From the NCBI RefSeq assembly GCF_018350175.1, contig NC_058368.1:153576001-153640000 (forward strand): a stretch of 64,000 nucleotides of DNA, read 5' to 3'. Origin of the DNA: Felis catus (Eukaryota). Below are positions 26,331-40,329 of this stretch, in pieces; position 1 is the stretch's first letter; each line of letters begins with the position of its first letter. The notes below the pieces were generated by a model. That model was not told the DNA's origin and ran no database searches. It was given only the letters and a program-made list of their open reading frames with translations. Both the position numbers and the translations under genes were made by a program.

Positions 26331-27049
26331 GCACAGGCAACAACTGGTTAAATACATGCAGCTGTAAATAAGCAGTAAGGCGGCATCAGTATTTGCTGTG
26401 TAAGTGTCAGTGCTGGTTATAGAACGTGAAAGAAGTATTTTGTAAGTAATAGTAGATAAGGTGTCAAAGTTTAGAATTTAAAAAAAGATAAAGTGGCTTT
26501 AAGATCTGTAATGACATCTTTCCTATTGTCCTCCCCTCCACTGGTTACCTAAATAGCAGAGGAAGAGAGGATGGTGTAGTAGTAAGTCTAGGGAGGGAAA
26601 CCCCTTTACCAAAGTGTGGCGCTTGCACACTCCTGGCTTAGTTGCATATTCCTTCCTTTGGGTGGAACTCCAGATGTGTTTTTGACTTACACTTTTATTG
26701 TGAGGCCGAGAAAGTAAACATTTTGGCCACTCCCTCCAAACGTTGATTTTAAACCCACTAATACATTGTATTTATACTTACATAGAAACCATTTTCAAGC
26801 ACACAGGATCACATGCTTACAACTTCTCATACTTCTTCAATTTAATCTGATATATCTTCCTATTACAGTGTAGTAGTTTTGCCATTTGATGAAAACTTCT
26901 CATCAGAGGGCATTCCTTCCTCTGTGCTGGTGAAATGTTCGTGACACCCAGAATCGCTATTGCCATGTGTGAGGACCTTTCCTGGAAACCACCAGGCAAA
27001 TTCATCACTGTTCTCTGTGCTTGAAGAGGTTTCTCATTCTGTACTGTGA

Positions 27050-27300
27050 CTAATAGTGCCTGTGTCTGTCACCATTGCTAGATTTTGATCTCCTTGAAAA
27101 CAGGGATCAAATCTTTTTTCATCCTTATAACCTTAGGGCTTACAACATGGGTTGAGATGGACTTGATAAACATCTGTTGAACTGAATTCATTGAATTCAG
27201 TAAGTGCATCTTTGATGGTAAACGTGTGACAGAGCAGGGACTCAAACCCAGTTCTACTCTTACTCCTGCGCCCAAGCTCTTATTCGCTCTAGGTGCTGTG
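27050..27300. mobile_element. L2 3' end and MIR-like remnants
   Basis: ctagattttgatctccttgaaaacaggga...aaacatctgttgaactgaat; gacagagcagggactcaaacccag. Confidence 0.6.
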
Positions 27301-27759
27301 GTTCCTGGTTGTTTCACAGCAGTTTTTTTTTTTTTTTTAAATAGATTCAAGTTTACTTTTGCTAATGTTAAGTTTGCCTCATATTTTAGGAAATTGATGA
27401 TTTCTTATGTGCCTTCTCAGATCTGATTTACATGTGCATCGATTAGTTTTGTGTTCTTGGCACCACAAATCCAAAATATAAGAGTTTCTAAACGTATTGA
27501 AAACAAGATTAAAAAAAGAAAGAAAATAAGATTTTTTTTTTTTTATGAGCTTGAGTTCTGTGTCTTTTCTTTCATGGCAGGGAGCAAGAGCAAAATGAGA
27601 GGCCGAGGTATATAAACTATTCGCGTAATACCACAGAGAGCCTGATGTATAGTAATGGGTCCAGGATCGTAAACGTCTCTCTTGGCACTCTTACCACTGT
27701 CAGATTATTACTGTGTTCTCAGATTCAGCTGAATGTGTTCAAGGATCTTCTTTGGTCTG

Positions 27760-28140
27760 AAAGGTCAGCTGCTTTTAGTTGTGCACTGGTAGAATACTAA
27801 TATGTCCTTATTCAAATTACCTGCTGCAGCACTTATTAAATTGATGGCCTCGTGCTCTAATTTAATACTGGTGTCGTTCAGAGGCGGGCTGCAGCGGCAC
27901 TCTGTGCTGAACTGGGTGATGGTGAGGCAAAGTTCAAGCTGAAACTGTGGTTCGGGGCTGCATTTTCCCACTAAATTAGCAGTCAGATGTGGTGTATAAT
28001 TAATTAGCACAAACCAGGGAAAGCTTGTCATTTAATAAGCCTTTTTTATTTCCACATTACACAAACAGTGGGAATTGATCCATTAAGTGCCTGGCTATTA
28101 ATGCTGTTTAATGTATGTCTGGTTGTTAAATTGAGATGTC
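27760..28140. promoter_or_regulatory. Candidate enhancer-like element
   Basis: Unique sequence with locally retained CpGs, TAATTAATTA, ATTGAT and E-box CAGATG/CAGCTG motifs. Confidence 0.4.
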
Positions 28141-31100
28141 TAGGTACATACGTCCAGAGTTTAAGAGCTCCTCATAGTTTGTTCAGTATTTGCTCAATTT
28201 TGAAGTCATGTTCCACAGAATCAGTAATAGCTTCATTACTGAATTTGAGCCTGATTCAAACCTGCATATGGATTTAAATGGATAATTTGAGCATGGTCTC
28301 AGAAATAAGTTGTCGTATATATGTCTTAAAGTCCAGCTAGTCCCCTTCCCCCAGAATTGAATATCGCATTGTGTCTGCAGCATTCTCTCGTCCATTGATT
28401 TTTTTATATAATCCTTGCCTGCAATTGCCTAAGGCAGAGGAGAACTTTCTCTTCATAGTAATATTCAGCATAGTATGATGGAATTGTAGTAGGAACAAGC
28501 CTTCTGAAATAAACAGAGTGAGATTTCAGCTGCTCTGCCAAGATGTCTGGAAGGGCAGACAGACTTACTGTGGCTGAAGTATCATGCAAAGAGTTGGATG
28601 TTTGAAACAGCACCAGCTTAGTCTTTTTTCTAGAAATGATTAAGGATGATTCAAACTGTTTTGTGAGCTGGTTGTTCTGAGTTACAAGGTGTTTAACAAA
28701 TGTGTTCTTTAGAGTTAGTATCATCACATCATACAAACACAAATGGCAACATTAAATGCTTTTTTAAAGTTAATGCAGACAGGAAAACTAAATACTTGAA
28801 TGTGAAATGGCTTCTACAATGGGGTAGTTTGTGATGAAGGCCATTTGCCACATGGGGAAATTACTGTATTTGCCAGCATCTGCCACATTTTAATGAGTGA
28901 AATTAGTCCCTATATGAATTATTAAATATTAGAGAAGTTAATTATGTGTATGTGTGTGTGTGTACATACGTATAAATGAAAAAGTACCTTGAAGACTCTT
29001 AAAAAAGACCAGCAAACATAATCCTAAAACTATGTCAACATTTCTGATTTTTTTTCTTGTAAACTGAGAAAACTTATTCTAGGTTTACATAAGGAATGTT
29101 CAGGCTGTATTTTTGTTAAAGGATGCCACTAGGGATTATTTTTTCTTGTGTAATAAGAAGAAATTTATGAGCTACTGAAATTATTTGAGCTGTGAAAGTT
29201 TTGTTTTGTAGAATGAGAAGTTAAAATGGCTGTGGCATAGAACACTCATGTTTTGGGACCGGTACGGACCTGTGTTATAGTAGTGATCTTATTCTGCCTT
29301 ATGTTATAGTCCTGTTTCCATGCTTGTCTCCTATCCTGACTTAAAATACCTGTAATTCTGGGGCATGTCTAAATGTAATATTATACTTTTGATTTTTTAT
29401 TATTTTGGCAGAATCAAGAATGTATAACACATTTGGGCGGTACTTGAGGGGAAAACTCGTTTAATTGAATAGACAATTATCTTAAAAGGAAAATATTTTA
29501 TTTCCTCAGTCTCAATCCACATATTGCCAAGAAATTAATTTATCGTGCTAGTAAATACATAATTTTGGAACTTCCATTAAATATCCTCCCTGGCAAGTTT
29601 CTCAAACAGTAACAGAAGTATCTTCATGATGTCATTGTCTTTTTCTCGGGGAGAAAGTTTTGTGAGTATTTACTCACTAAAAAACTCATTCATTAATTCA
29701 ATCATTCATTAATTCTCCAACATTTAAGAAGGGTTATTTTATGCCAATAACTCAATAATACACAAATACATTGAAAGATTTTCACCATTTCCCTATTTAT
29801 GGAATTCAATGACTTTATCCAACAAAATGCATTTTCACCACCTGCTAAACTTCTTAAGTGTTTGTGTTAGAATTAGGGCCAGTGACCAACATTTCGACTT
29901 TTTCTCTGTGTCCTTAAATCCTTAAAGTTAGGTATGTAAAGTATAGATTTGGCAAATGGTTTGTGAGAAGTGTGTAATAGGTTATATTGTCTTCCCTCTG
30001 GCACTCTGACTATAGAAAGCTGGGTTGAGAGAATCCTCAGCCTGAGTCCCTAGGTCTCTACAATAAATGGAACCTCTTATCTATCTGTTGACCAGGTAGT
30101 GTGTTAGAAATAAAAATTTGGGTACTAATATTTGGGTATTATTCACTTTCGCCATATAATCTTGCCTTTCCTAATCTATACAATCATTGTATTTTCTTCT
30201 TGGATGCAGTACATGAAAAGTAAGCTAAGAAAAAGGAACATCCTTTAAATATGTAAAAATTTACTGGGGTATCCCAATTTTTCACAATTTTTAGGCTTAT
30301 ATATAAAAATAGTAGCCTATGGACTAAAATTTAAACTATGCTGTGACAACTTTTTATTTGAATGAACCAAAAAAAGAGGATACTTTTAAAAGCCTGTAAC
30401 TCTTCCTAAAACCCAGGAAGATTGTGATTTACCTAATTGTGTGAGTGGCATGTCTAATTTGTAATACTGGGTCAAAGGACAGAATGACCAGTCTTATGCT
30501 TTTATTGGTCTATTTAATGGCCTTTTTTATACAGGTGGATAATTTGTATAATTACTGATCTAAAAACAATTATTGGCCTAAAAATAAAACCCATGCACAA
30601 CATTATGTTGAGATATAAGTAAAATTTACTTCACAGTAAATTCTGTCAACTTTAACATTTTAATGCCTTTGGTATATAGTATTTATTGATAATAACAATT
30701 CTAAATAAAAATTTTCATGAGTAGTAATATCTAAAAACTACTATTTTCTTGATTTTGCCAGTGATTTTTAATATCAGTTTAACACAATTATTTTTAAACC
30801 TGTCATCTGTAAAAATGTAGGGAATGAATAATAAATATTGGCAAACTACTGATGGGCTTATATGAGAATATTTGAGTTCTTATTTTTTAAAAATATCTTT
30901 CGAGTAGAGGAAAAATTTAATCTGTGCATACAATATAACAAAAATTTAGAATGCATTTTACTTAATGTTGATGAACAGCAAAGGGCAATATACAAATACT
31001 TAAGTTCTTTCATTAAATTCCCTAGTGGATAATCATTTGGAAAGCAAATTATGCAAAATAACCTTTAATTTGGGTTTGATTTATATTGAGATTTAGAAAT

Positions 31101-31681
31101 TATGAGTTTTTATGTTGAATTTTTTAAGCAAGCTGACTTTTATACATCTAAATAAGATTTGTGGTTTGGCCCTTACTCATTTTATTACTATATATTGTAC
31201 AAATGACTAATACATGGTCTTAATAGTATAGTCAAACTATCTTTAAAGTGGCTACAAAATTATGAATCTAGAACATTCTATACAATTATATATTTGTTAT
31301 ACTCTTCAACCTCTAAAAGCTGATGAAACTCTCATAAATTCCCATTATGTGGTTGAGGATGGTTATATAGAGTATTTCCCATTAAAATAACTTTGAGCAA
31401 AATAGCAAGTGGAAACTTATTAGTTAATGACTATTAAGATATTGGAATATGTAAGACCTACTATGGAGTATATGACAGTATCTGGGAAGTTGTGTGGTTA
31501 AAGTGGTCAAAAATATTCCATTCTTTATTTGCTTCACAAAGTTAACAATGAAATTTCCATATTTTGAGCTATTATTCTTCTAACCTATCCAAAGTTTTTT
31601 GACTTTTTGTATGCTTTGAGCCTCTGATTTTTTTCTAAGGTATTTTTTCTAAATACATTTTGTTAAAAATAGGTTTGGCAC

Positions 31682-31810
31682 GGGATGCTTGGGTGGCTCA
31701 GTTGGTTAGGCATCGGACTATTAATCTCAACTCAGATCTTGATCTCAGGGTCATGAGTTCAAGCCCCATGCTGGGCTCCACACTGGGCATGAAGCCTTCT
31801 TAAAAAAAAA
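31682..31810 (+). mobile_element. Short old SINEC lacking the CT tract
   Basis: gggatgcttgggtggctcagttggttag...gagttcaagcccc...A tail. Confidence 0.88.
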
Positions 31811-32179
31811 GGGCATATCCTCATCTATAATAGTAATAAGAAAATGATTTTAATGTTCAGAAGGAGGGATAACGGCTAATTAGAGTACTGTGGTAAGTGA
31901 AATTTGATATAATCATTAGTATGATGTAAAAGAATACATAAGTATATGCAAAGATATTCACAGTATATTGCTACTAAAAAAAGAAATTAAAAATGAGTAT
32001 GGGCCACCCTGATCCTATAATGAGCACATTATATGTTAGTGTTTTTTTGCATATACATACATATAGTATGTATATGTTGATACCTGTGTACACGCATGTA
32101 CAAAGGACTGGATGCACGGATAAATAGGTGAAATGAAGGGTCTTTTTAATTTTAGTTTTTGGTTATTTGAATTAAAATA

Positions 32180-32410
32180 TTTTTTTAGCTGCTTGAGATG
32201 TAATAGACATGTTGTATAAATTTAAGGTGTACAGCATGATGATTTGATATACATATATTGCTAAAAGATTATCACTGTGGTGTTAGTTAATACCTTGACA
32301 ACCTCACATAATACCCATTACTTCTTTGTGATGAGAACACGTAAGGTCTATTTTCTTAGCAGCATTCAAGTATATAATACAGTCTTGTTTAGTATAGTCA
32401 CCGTGCTAGA
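32180..32410 (-). mobile_element. Old L1 (L1MA-like) 3' end fragment
   Basis: tttaaggtgtacagcatgatgatttgatatacatatat...atagtcaccgtgcta. Confidence 0.8.
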
Positions 32411-33594
32411 CTGAATTTTCTTAATTTTGTAAGATGAACAGTATGTTGTCTCTGTATTGAGAAAAGCATAATATATTTTATTATCATTTTGTGACCTATT
32501 AGATAATATTGTTAAAGAAAACTTATTTCATTATACTATCTGGCAATATTTATTATAATAATAGTTTGAATCTTTAAATAAAGGTTTCATGAAAAACTTG
32601 AACGGTTTTGAAAGCATGAAGGGAAAGATGTTTTTCCCTTTTTCCTACTTAGGTATTCTGAAATTGATATTTTGAAGTGAGTTAGCTACACATATGTTGT
32701 AGAGTGATCATCAAAATATCAGCCTATTAAGCTTGCTGTCCTGACCTAAGTGATGTTTTTATTGAGAGAGATCTAGTCCTCAAGATAATTCCCACATAAG
32801 GCACTGAAATCAGCATTAGAGGATTTTGAATTATAGCTGATGAGTGTGCATGGCTGAAAGGAGATAATTTTTTTTAAAGTTCTACATAGTGTTTAAATTT
32901 CTAAGAAAAGAGCTGCATTAACAGAGTTTCCTATATAGCTTCCTTTGTTTTTACACATATGAGCACATAACAGAAGATACAAGACAGTGACCACACATAT
33001 TTAAAAAAAACAGTAACTGGGCACGATTTCAAGAAATAATTGCTATTGAAATAAAAAGTGCGCTCTTGAAAATGTTTTTTGTCAGTCACACTAAAACATG
33101 AACAATTGTTTGTATTTCATACTTATTATGACTATAGGCAAAATGGCAACATAGCACATTTTATTCTGGCCATTATATGTATGTTAGATACAACTGCAAA
33201 AATCAAAGAATGCAGGTATTTTATTAGCCATTCAAAATGATGACATTATTTGTAATTTATTTGGTAGTTTTGAAGTGCACAATTAGACCTACACACACTT
33301 TCTTTTTAGGCTACTTGTTTTATTCCCATGTGAATTAACTGAACTGCATTTCCTAGTAAATATCTTGAGACTGAAGGACTGTGCATGGGAAAGTTATTGT
33401 GAAAAAACACTTTTGGGATATTCTTAAAATATTCAATTTTGTCAACTCACAATCTTTTTCCATAGGGATTTTAGGTCACGAATGGTATTTTTGCTTAGAA
33501 AAACCCAACATATTTAGTTTGTTTAATTGCTCTTTTTATTTTCAAAAGCTGTATTGGTAATTCTTCTTCTTCTTCTTCTTTTTTCCTATTACAG

Positions 33595-33693
33595 GTCTTG
33601 AAATATATGGCCTATAAAGTCATTCTCATTGGGAAAGAATTGCAGACAAGTGTTCGATTAAAAGGTAAATTCAGGCCTCTGGACATTGTACAG
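33595..33693 (+). other. Candidate internal exon, 99 nt (alternative donor at 33664 gives 70 nt)
   Basis: Long pyrimidine tract + ttacag acceptor; donors AAG|gtaaat and CAG|gtaatc; frame 0 open (VLKYMAYKVILIGKELQTSVRLKGKFRPLDIVQ); gene not recognised. Confidence 0.5.
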
Positions 33694-35884
33694 GTAATCA
33701 CTACACAATGAAACTGGTATTCATATCAAAGTTACTGATTTTTACCCATTTTGTGTGTTTTTAAGGCAAATTCTCATTGAGAATTAAATGTATTTTCTTG
33801 AGTTACATGAATACCAAAAAATATATTTTTAACTCATCTGTAAGACTGCACATATATTTTTAAATAGTTGAAAATAGTTTTAAATAGGATTTCTGAATTA
33901 ACCATTGTTTTAAGTAGTTTGGATTATGAATTTTAAATCCCATAGTTCCTATGAAAAAGGAGTAGAAGGAAGAAATTTTATTAGAGTGCTTTACATACTA
34001 ATCATCTGGAATGGTATATAATAAACTATTTCAAATGTTCTTCCACTTGTAATGATAGGATGTCTTTAGATAATTTTACAGAATTTATTTTATTTTACTA
34101 ATTGATTAGTATATTCATCATTCGCAGATATATTAGTGAAAGCTGGATTCTAAATCACTTTCCTGTGATAAGCTTTCCAATTAATTCTTCTCACAGTATT
34201 TTCCTGGTGACATTTGAACTTCTTTCATTATATAAAACACATCTGGAATGAGACATTGCTGAATAATAATCATGGATGCTAACATGTTAAGGATTGGACC
34301 CCTGACATAGTCAAATGTGTTCTGGTTTAAAACAGTGACCTCAACTAATGCTGCTTTAAGTGAACCACATTTAGAAAAAAATATACAGACAGGTCTTTTT
34401 AGCCTGCCTGTCATGTGGTAGAATTGGTCAAAAAAGAATGAAATCAAATTGCAAACTGTGTCTCCCTTGTTTAATGGAATTAACTATATTAAGTTACATT
34501 TTTTCCTCCCATCAGCAAATATTTTTCCTTTCTTCTTATCTAATAGGAAAAATACTACAATAAGTAAATATTTAAAAGGATTCCCTAAAACATATGTTAA
34601 ATCCTGCATCACTTATAATTTACATTTGTATCATATGGTTACTGAATTTCTTCTGTGGTGTATTTCATAAAAGAGGAGATACTGATAAGATCCTGTTTAA
34701 ATGGCTTGCTAATACCAGAAGCAGATCATTTAAAATGGACCCTACATCTTTATAGGATGTTAGAAATGAAGACATTACCTCAAAATGTAGGTAATTATTG
34801 CCTCCTCTTTTATCAGTGCTATTTTCTGAGGTATTATCATAAGAGAGCACTTTAGTATTAAGCAGGGCCTTCGAGTGGCAATAAATCAGTCCAACTGAGT
34901 CATCATTGTCTAGGGCATCTGAACTACTGCAATGTTGTGGATCCTACCGAGAGTGTGAAATCACTTGACCCTTGGCATTAACCTTTGCTGAATGAATAGA
35001 CACTGCTTTCCACATCGAGGAACAAAGCAGAAGACTATTGATTAAGCACCACATTCACTTGATATTAAATACTGGCTGAACTCACTTCTTGCTTCCAGTT
35101 CCAGAGGGAGAAACCCAGAGAGTTGCTGAGTCTCAAGAGAATGGATGTTTGTAATTCAGAGCAATGTTTTTCCAGCAAAGTATTTTTTTTTCTCCTTTGA
35201 TCAATAACTAGCAGCCATGATCAGCCATGAGTATGTATTGTCAATTCTGACCTGTGTATTTTATCACTTAAGGTGATAGGTCACAGTGCTGTGACTAATA
35301 TTTCAGGTCTAAGCCTGAATTGTTTCCTGACTTCCATATCTGTTTGAAGGAGCAATTTTTAAGTTTTATTTCTTGCTTCTGAATCATTGTTTAGGCAATT
35401 GATTTGTCTGAAGTAGTAAAATACACATTTTTTTTCTAACATTCTTGGGTTTTATCACTGTTTTTGCAGACGTTGAATTTTCTAGACCTTGACATTAGAA
35501 GAAATCATAGTAAAAGGACACCCTTAGGATTTATAATTTGTTACTAGGGAAAGAGAAATATTCTAGTTGGATAAACTTCTCAAGTTACAAGAAAGCAAAA
35601 GAGAGTGGAAGAGAGTACTGGAATGTACTGGAAAGGAGTGTAACAACACATATGAGCAGAAAAAGAACAATAAAAGATATTTTGTAAGAAGTCCTAAGCT
35701 AACTATCTTCTGACCCATTACATGTGCCTATACTGTCGACAGTTGCTTGACAGCTGCTTTGTAGATCTACTTTATCTGGAAGGAGAACATGTATTATTGA
35801 CTGATAAATCAACTCAATCCATGGAACTAGAGTTAAAAAAATTTTAGCCACAAATGAGAAAATAATTGTTATTTTAAATTTAAA

Positions 35885-35887
<3 letters not shown>

Positions 35888-35937
<50 letters not shown>
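35888..35937. repeat. (GT)n microsatellite
   Basis: About 25 GT units. Confidence 0.98.
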
Positions 35938-35939
<2 letters not shown>

Positions 35940-37734
35940 ATAACTGGGATTACTTTACTGCAGGAAGCAACGTAACCAGTTACAAGATCTTTTTTTCCTA
36001 AGATTTCCTATTATTTGGGACCGAACATATGACACCAGTAAAACTCTTTAGAAATAATTGTTTGCCTTGGGAAGGGTGTGACTGGCTTGTGTTGAACACC
36101 AACCCGAAATTCTAGATCAGCTAGTTGTGAACCTGTCATGGTTGAGCAAAGATCATTCCTTGCCTGAATAATAGAAAATATTTCCTCTAAGGACATAATG
36201 GTGTAATTTAATCCACGCACAGTATCACACAGTTTGCACAATTTTTGAAAAGGAGTATTAGAAGACTGAGGGAAGTTGATACAATGAATCATGCTGCTAA
36301 ACTTAATGGTCAATCCTTTTGATTTGATGCTTTCTACAGGATAGGTAACCCCTGAAATCTTTCTTTAAAAGCTGCTGAGGCTTGGAAAAATGTGAAAAAT
36401 GTTGAATTTACACACTATTTTGGGTATGTATTATATATTCCTTTTTCTTCATTATTAAGGACATTTGTATAGGGGTCATTTTTATTTCACCATTATCTTG
36501 GGCACAGGCATGCTACACGTGCACAAGAATCTGGGAATTTACTTTGACACTTGCCTGTACCTATGTACAATTTATTTGACTGCAGGATTACAGTACCAAG
36601 TTGTTTTGTGCATGCCAAAGAGCATAAAGGTAATTGTTTACAAATCCTGATATTTTAATGAAAACATTGAACTAGAATTTGTTGCTTTGAAGTATCAAAT
36701 AACGTTTTTTTTAATTCTATGCACACTAGCGAATGAAATAATTTTTTGATATTTTAAACACAATCAACTGTGGCTGTGCCAAGGTCACAAGGCAGGTTGT
36801 GACATAGCTGTGATTAGAATCCATGCAGAACATACTGCTGACCCTTTCATAATCTCCTTGGTGTTTATATGTGACTTCCAAATGGAAGCTATTTTAAATG
36901 AGGTTGGTGAGAGAGAATAAAATGATAGTTAAAATTTATTATGACAGATGTTCAAATTCCATATTCAGAATTGGAAGATGAAGGTAGATAAAGAGAGAAA
37001 GAGGGGGAGAGGAAGGAGAGGAAGAAGAAAAGGAGGAAAAAATTCCTAGCTGACCCCTGCAGATTAAAAAAAAAAAAGACCAGATAGTAATCTCACTGAG
37101 ACATAGGCAAAATATGTGCTTATGTTAACAGAGGTGAGGAGTTTTTAATTTTTTTAATGCCTAAAAGAGTAAGTAGGCTCTCACTCAAATTTCTGATAGA
37201 TTAAATCCCCCTGTCCCTGTTTTTAGAGATAATCCAGAGATAGTTTAGAACGCATGTGAGTAAAAAGAATCTTTGTACTGTTTAAAGGAAAGATCGGGGA
37301 TGGTTACTCATGAAATGTAGTTTCTCTATTAAAAACAAAAGTCCCTGTGGGGGCTTTTGAAAACCTGAGATGGTAGAAGCTCCAAGAGTTTTCTGCCACG
37401 GGTAGATTATTCAAAATTGATCTCTTCTGAAGAAATACTTTGACGTGATTCCCATTTATCTGATCAGTCACGAGAAACTTTTTTTTTTTTTTAAGTTCTT
37501 TACAACAGTTCCTATCTGAAAAGGACAGTTCTCAAGGTTTTCATAGCCTGAACATAATAGTCTCCAGCCTGGTAGAAATCTTTTTAGTGAGAGTCTTTTG
37601 TTTCCTTGAATTAGCAGAAGACTTTGAAATTGACTACACATTGTTAAATCTTTGCTTGGGATCTAGTAAAAGCCCATATAGTTTATCTGACACAGTCGAG
37701 TTTATCTTTTTACATTTGTCATTCCTCATAAAAG

Positions 37735-37899
37735 ATATCGACCGGAATTTTTGTGACTTTGACCAGCAGAAAACCTTAGCTGACATACTCAAGGCTGAAA
37801 TGCAGTCATCGGAAATGGAAGCACTTCAACCCTGCCCCTGTGGCAAGAATGGCTTCCCGTTAGACAATCTGGTCAGATTCTTTATGGACCCAAAGGGAG
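37735..37899 (+). other. Candidate 165-nt frame-preserving exon
   Basis: Pyrimidine-rich upstream + aag acceptor, GAG|gtacat donor, open phase 1-1 frame (IDRNFCDFDQQKTLADILKAEMQ...FFMDPKG), retained CpGs; splice sites only moderate. Confidence 0.3.
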
Positions 37900-40329
37900 G
37901 TACATGTGCTGGGCATTGAGTTTATGTTTTTTTTCTGACCTACCTGCTCCTTAGAGCTGCATCCTAAGACTGCTGCTTGTGTGAAACCTTTCAGAACTAT
38001 GCATCATTGATCTAGCCATAATCACACTGGTCTGTTGGCTTTTCACTAAACTTTACTTAAGTGAAAACTAACCCTCTGCCTCCTCTTTGGGGTTATGATT
38101 GACTGTATGTCTTTCGAATGGTGTGAAGATGCTGGCTGTGAAACTGGAACACTGCTTTTTAAATGTCTTTAAAAGAAGAAAAGAAAAATGTGTCCCCTCA
38201 ACCACTAGAGAGCAAGATAAAAGAAAATAATGACGGTGTGCACTGCGTTGTCAATGTTGACCTTTATGGGATCTTTCTAGAACATCTCAACAGCTTAAAA
38301 AAGGCTTTTCTCTTTTTTCCCCCCACATTGATTTATTCTAAATTTATTTTTAAAAATAAGTTCACAAGGGTAAATTTTGATTCACTGATGCAATTTTTCA
38401 CTTACACTACACACATATTAATTAAGAGTCCCTTTAACATTTAGTTTCCTGGATAACAAGCAGATGCCACTCCTTGCCTGAGATCTAGAACTATGGTAGG
38501 TGAAGAACTATGATAGGAAAAGAAAAAAAAGGGGCCGTAAGGATAGGAAAACCTGGTCAAAAGAAAGAAGAACACCAGGAAAGTATGGGCTTGAGATCTA
38601 GTGTAGATGTTACCACTCAGGCTCTGCATCCTGACCCCTCCCAAGGCACTTAGAATCTGTGGACTTGACATATGTGGGTCAGCTTTATACACAATACATA
38701 GGTAGCAAAATGCCAACAGGCATAAAAATAAGAACCATTTTGTGTGTCTTTTATGTGGGAAGAGTTGATTTCAGATGCTCAGTTTTCACTATATCCATCT
38801 ATGATTTCATGACAGTAGGGTAGTCTAAGTATTTAGTAATATTTATGGTGTTCAGTCATTTCTCCCAGTACATTCCATGCATGTATGTAATTTTTCTACA
38901 ACTAATAGCTTACTCTTTTATAAAGAATGGTAATGGGAGTGGGTAATTATCATCTAGTTGCTTAGGACTGTACTTTTGTGTATGCAAGGGCAGACCTCTT
39001 GCTTCACCTTTCAAAATAGCATTCCTAATCATCGCAGTGCACCCAGAGCTGCTGAATAGGGGCATGTGTGCTGACCCGGATTATTAGCACATCCATCTAG
39101 CCAGCAACACTATGAAATACTTTCCATTTTTCACATAGCACATTTTTATGTGAAAATACACACATGCGCGCACACATGCACAAACAGCTTTAATTCAACA
39201 GTGTAGCTCCGTTTGAAAATTAGTTTTTTGCAATCATGGGATCCTATCACATATTATCCCATTTCTAAAATTAACAGTAATAAAAAAGTGTGAGTGAATA
39301 AGCAAATATTTGTAAAAATCTTGCTTTCTTGCACAGTTTTCTCTAGATTATTTTTTTTTCTTCCAATTTTACTCCAAGGGTTGTCATAAAAAATGTTGTC
39401 TGGTTGGGTATAAAAATAGTCTACTTGACTGCAAATAAAGGCTGCTAAGTATCTTCACCATTATCTCCAGGTGAGTTTAGTTAAGGTTCATGATCATGAA
39501 GGAATCAAAATAGAGGTTCCAATGGGATTTTTTTTTTTTAAAAAGCAGACTGTGCAGTAATCAACTATAGCTCTCATTGAGGGAAAAAGTTTTTTCTTAT
39601 GATGTAAGAACTCTGGTGACTGACTATAGCAAAGGATTATTATTTCAATCCTCCACTGTTCAAGCTACTCCATTTAATGTTGTTTGATTCCATTTATTTT
39701 CTGGTTCATTAAAAAGATTTCTTTTATGACTTTTTAGAATGGTCATGATTCTTAAATCAGGTTACCAAATATTATTAAATTAGGCAATAACATTATCTAT
39801 TTAGAATTAATGTGGTGTAATGTCCCTCCTAATTTATAATATCTATTCTAGAAAATACTTCTGGGATATATTATTGTCATGAGTATAAGTGATAAGAAAT
39901 ATGAAACAGTTTCTGGCAAAGAAATTACAAGACACTCAATGCAAAGAAGTATCTGATGCTTAACAACATGTTAAAAAAAACACTTAAAGTAGTAAAAAAG
40001 TATTGTGATTTTGTGTGTGAGACCACCTTCAAGATGTGTTTGGGCAGTGCATATGTTGGAAAGAAATTTTAACCTCACTCTTAAACAGCTCACTCTTAAT
40101 CCATTTGAGTTGCTATTGTATCCACTGAGGGGAACCCTGCGCTTGATTATAACTGGCTTCCATCTCTCCCACTAGGCTCTGATTCCATGAGAGGAAAGGG
40201 GAGTAGGTTCATCAGTATATTTTAATTCCATTCTCAGAAACTGGATATTTGTATATACCCTCAGCATCTTTGAAGGGTCCCTGCAACTTCAAACAAACTA
40301 GGCAAAGGGAGCCCCAGAACATTAAACCT

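Noticed and set aside
33595..37899. Assigning a host gene symbol
   Set aside because: I do not recognise the candidate exon peptides; any name would be a guess.
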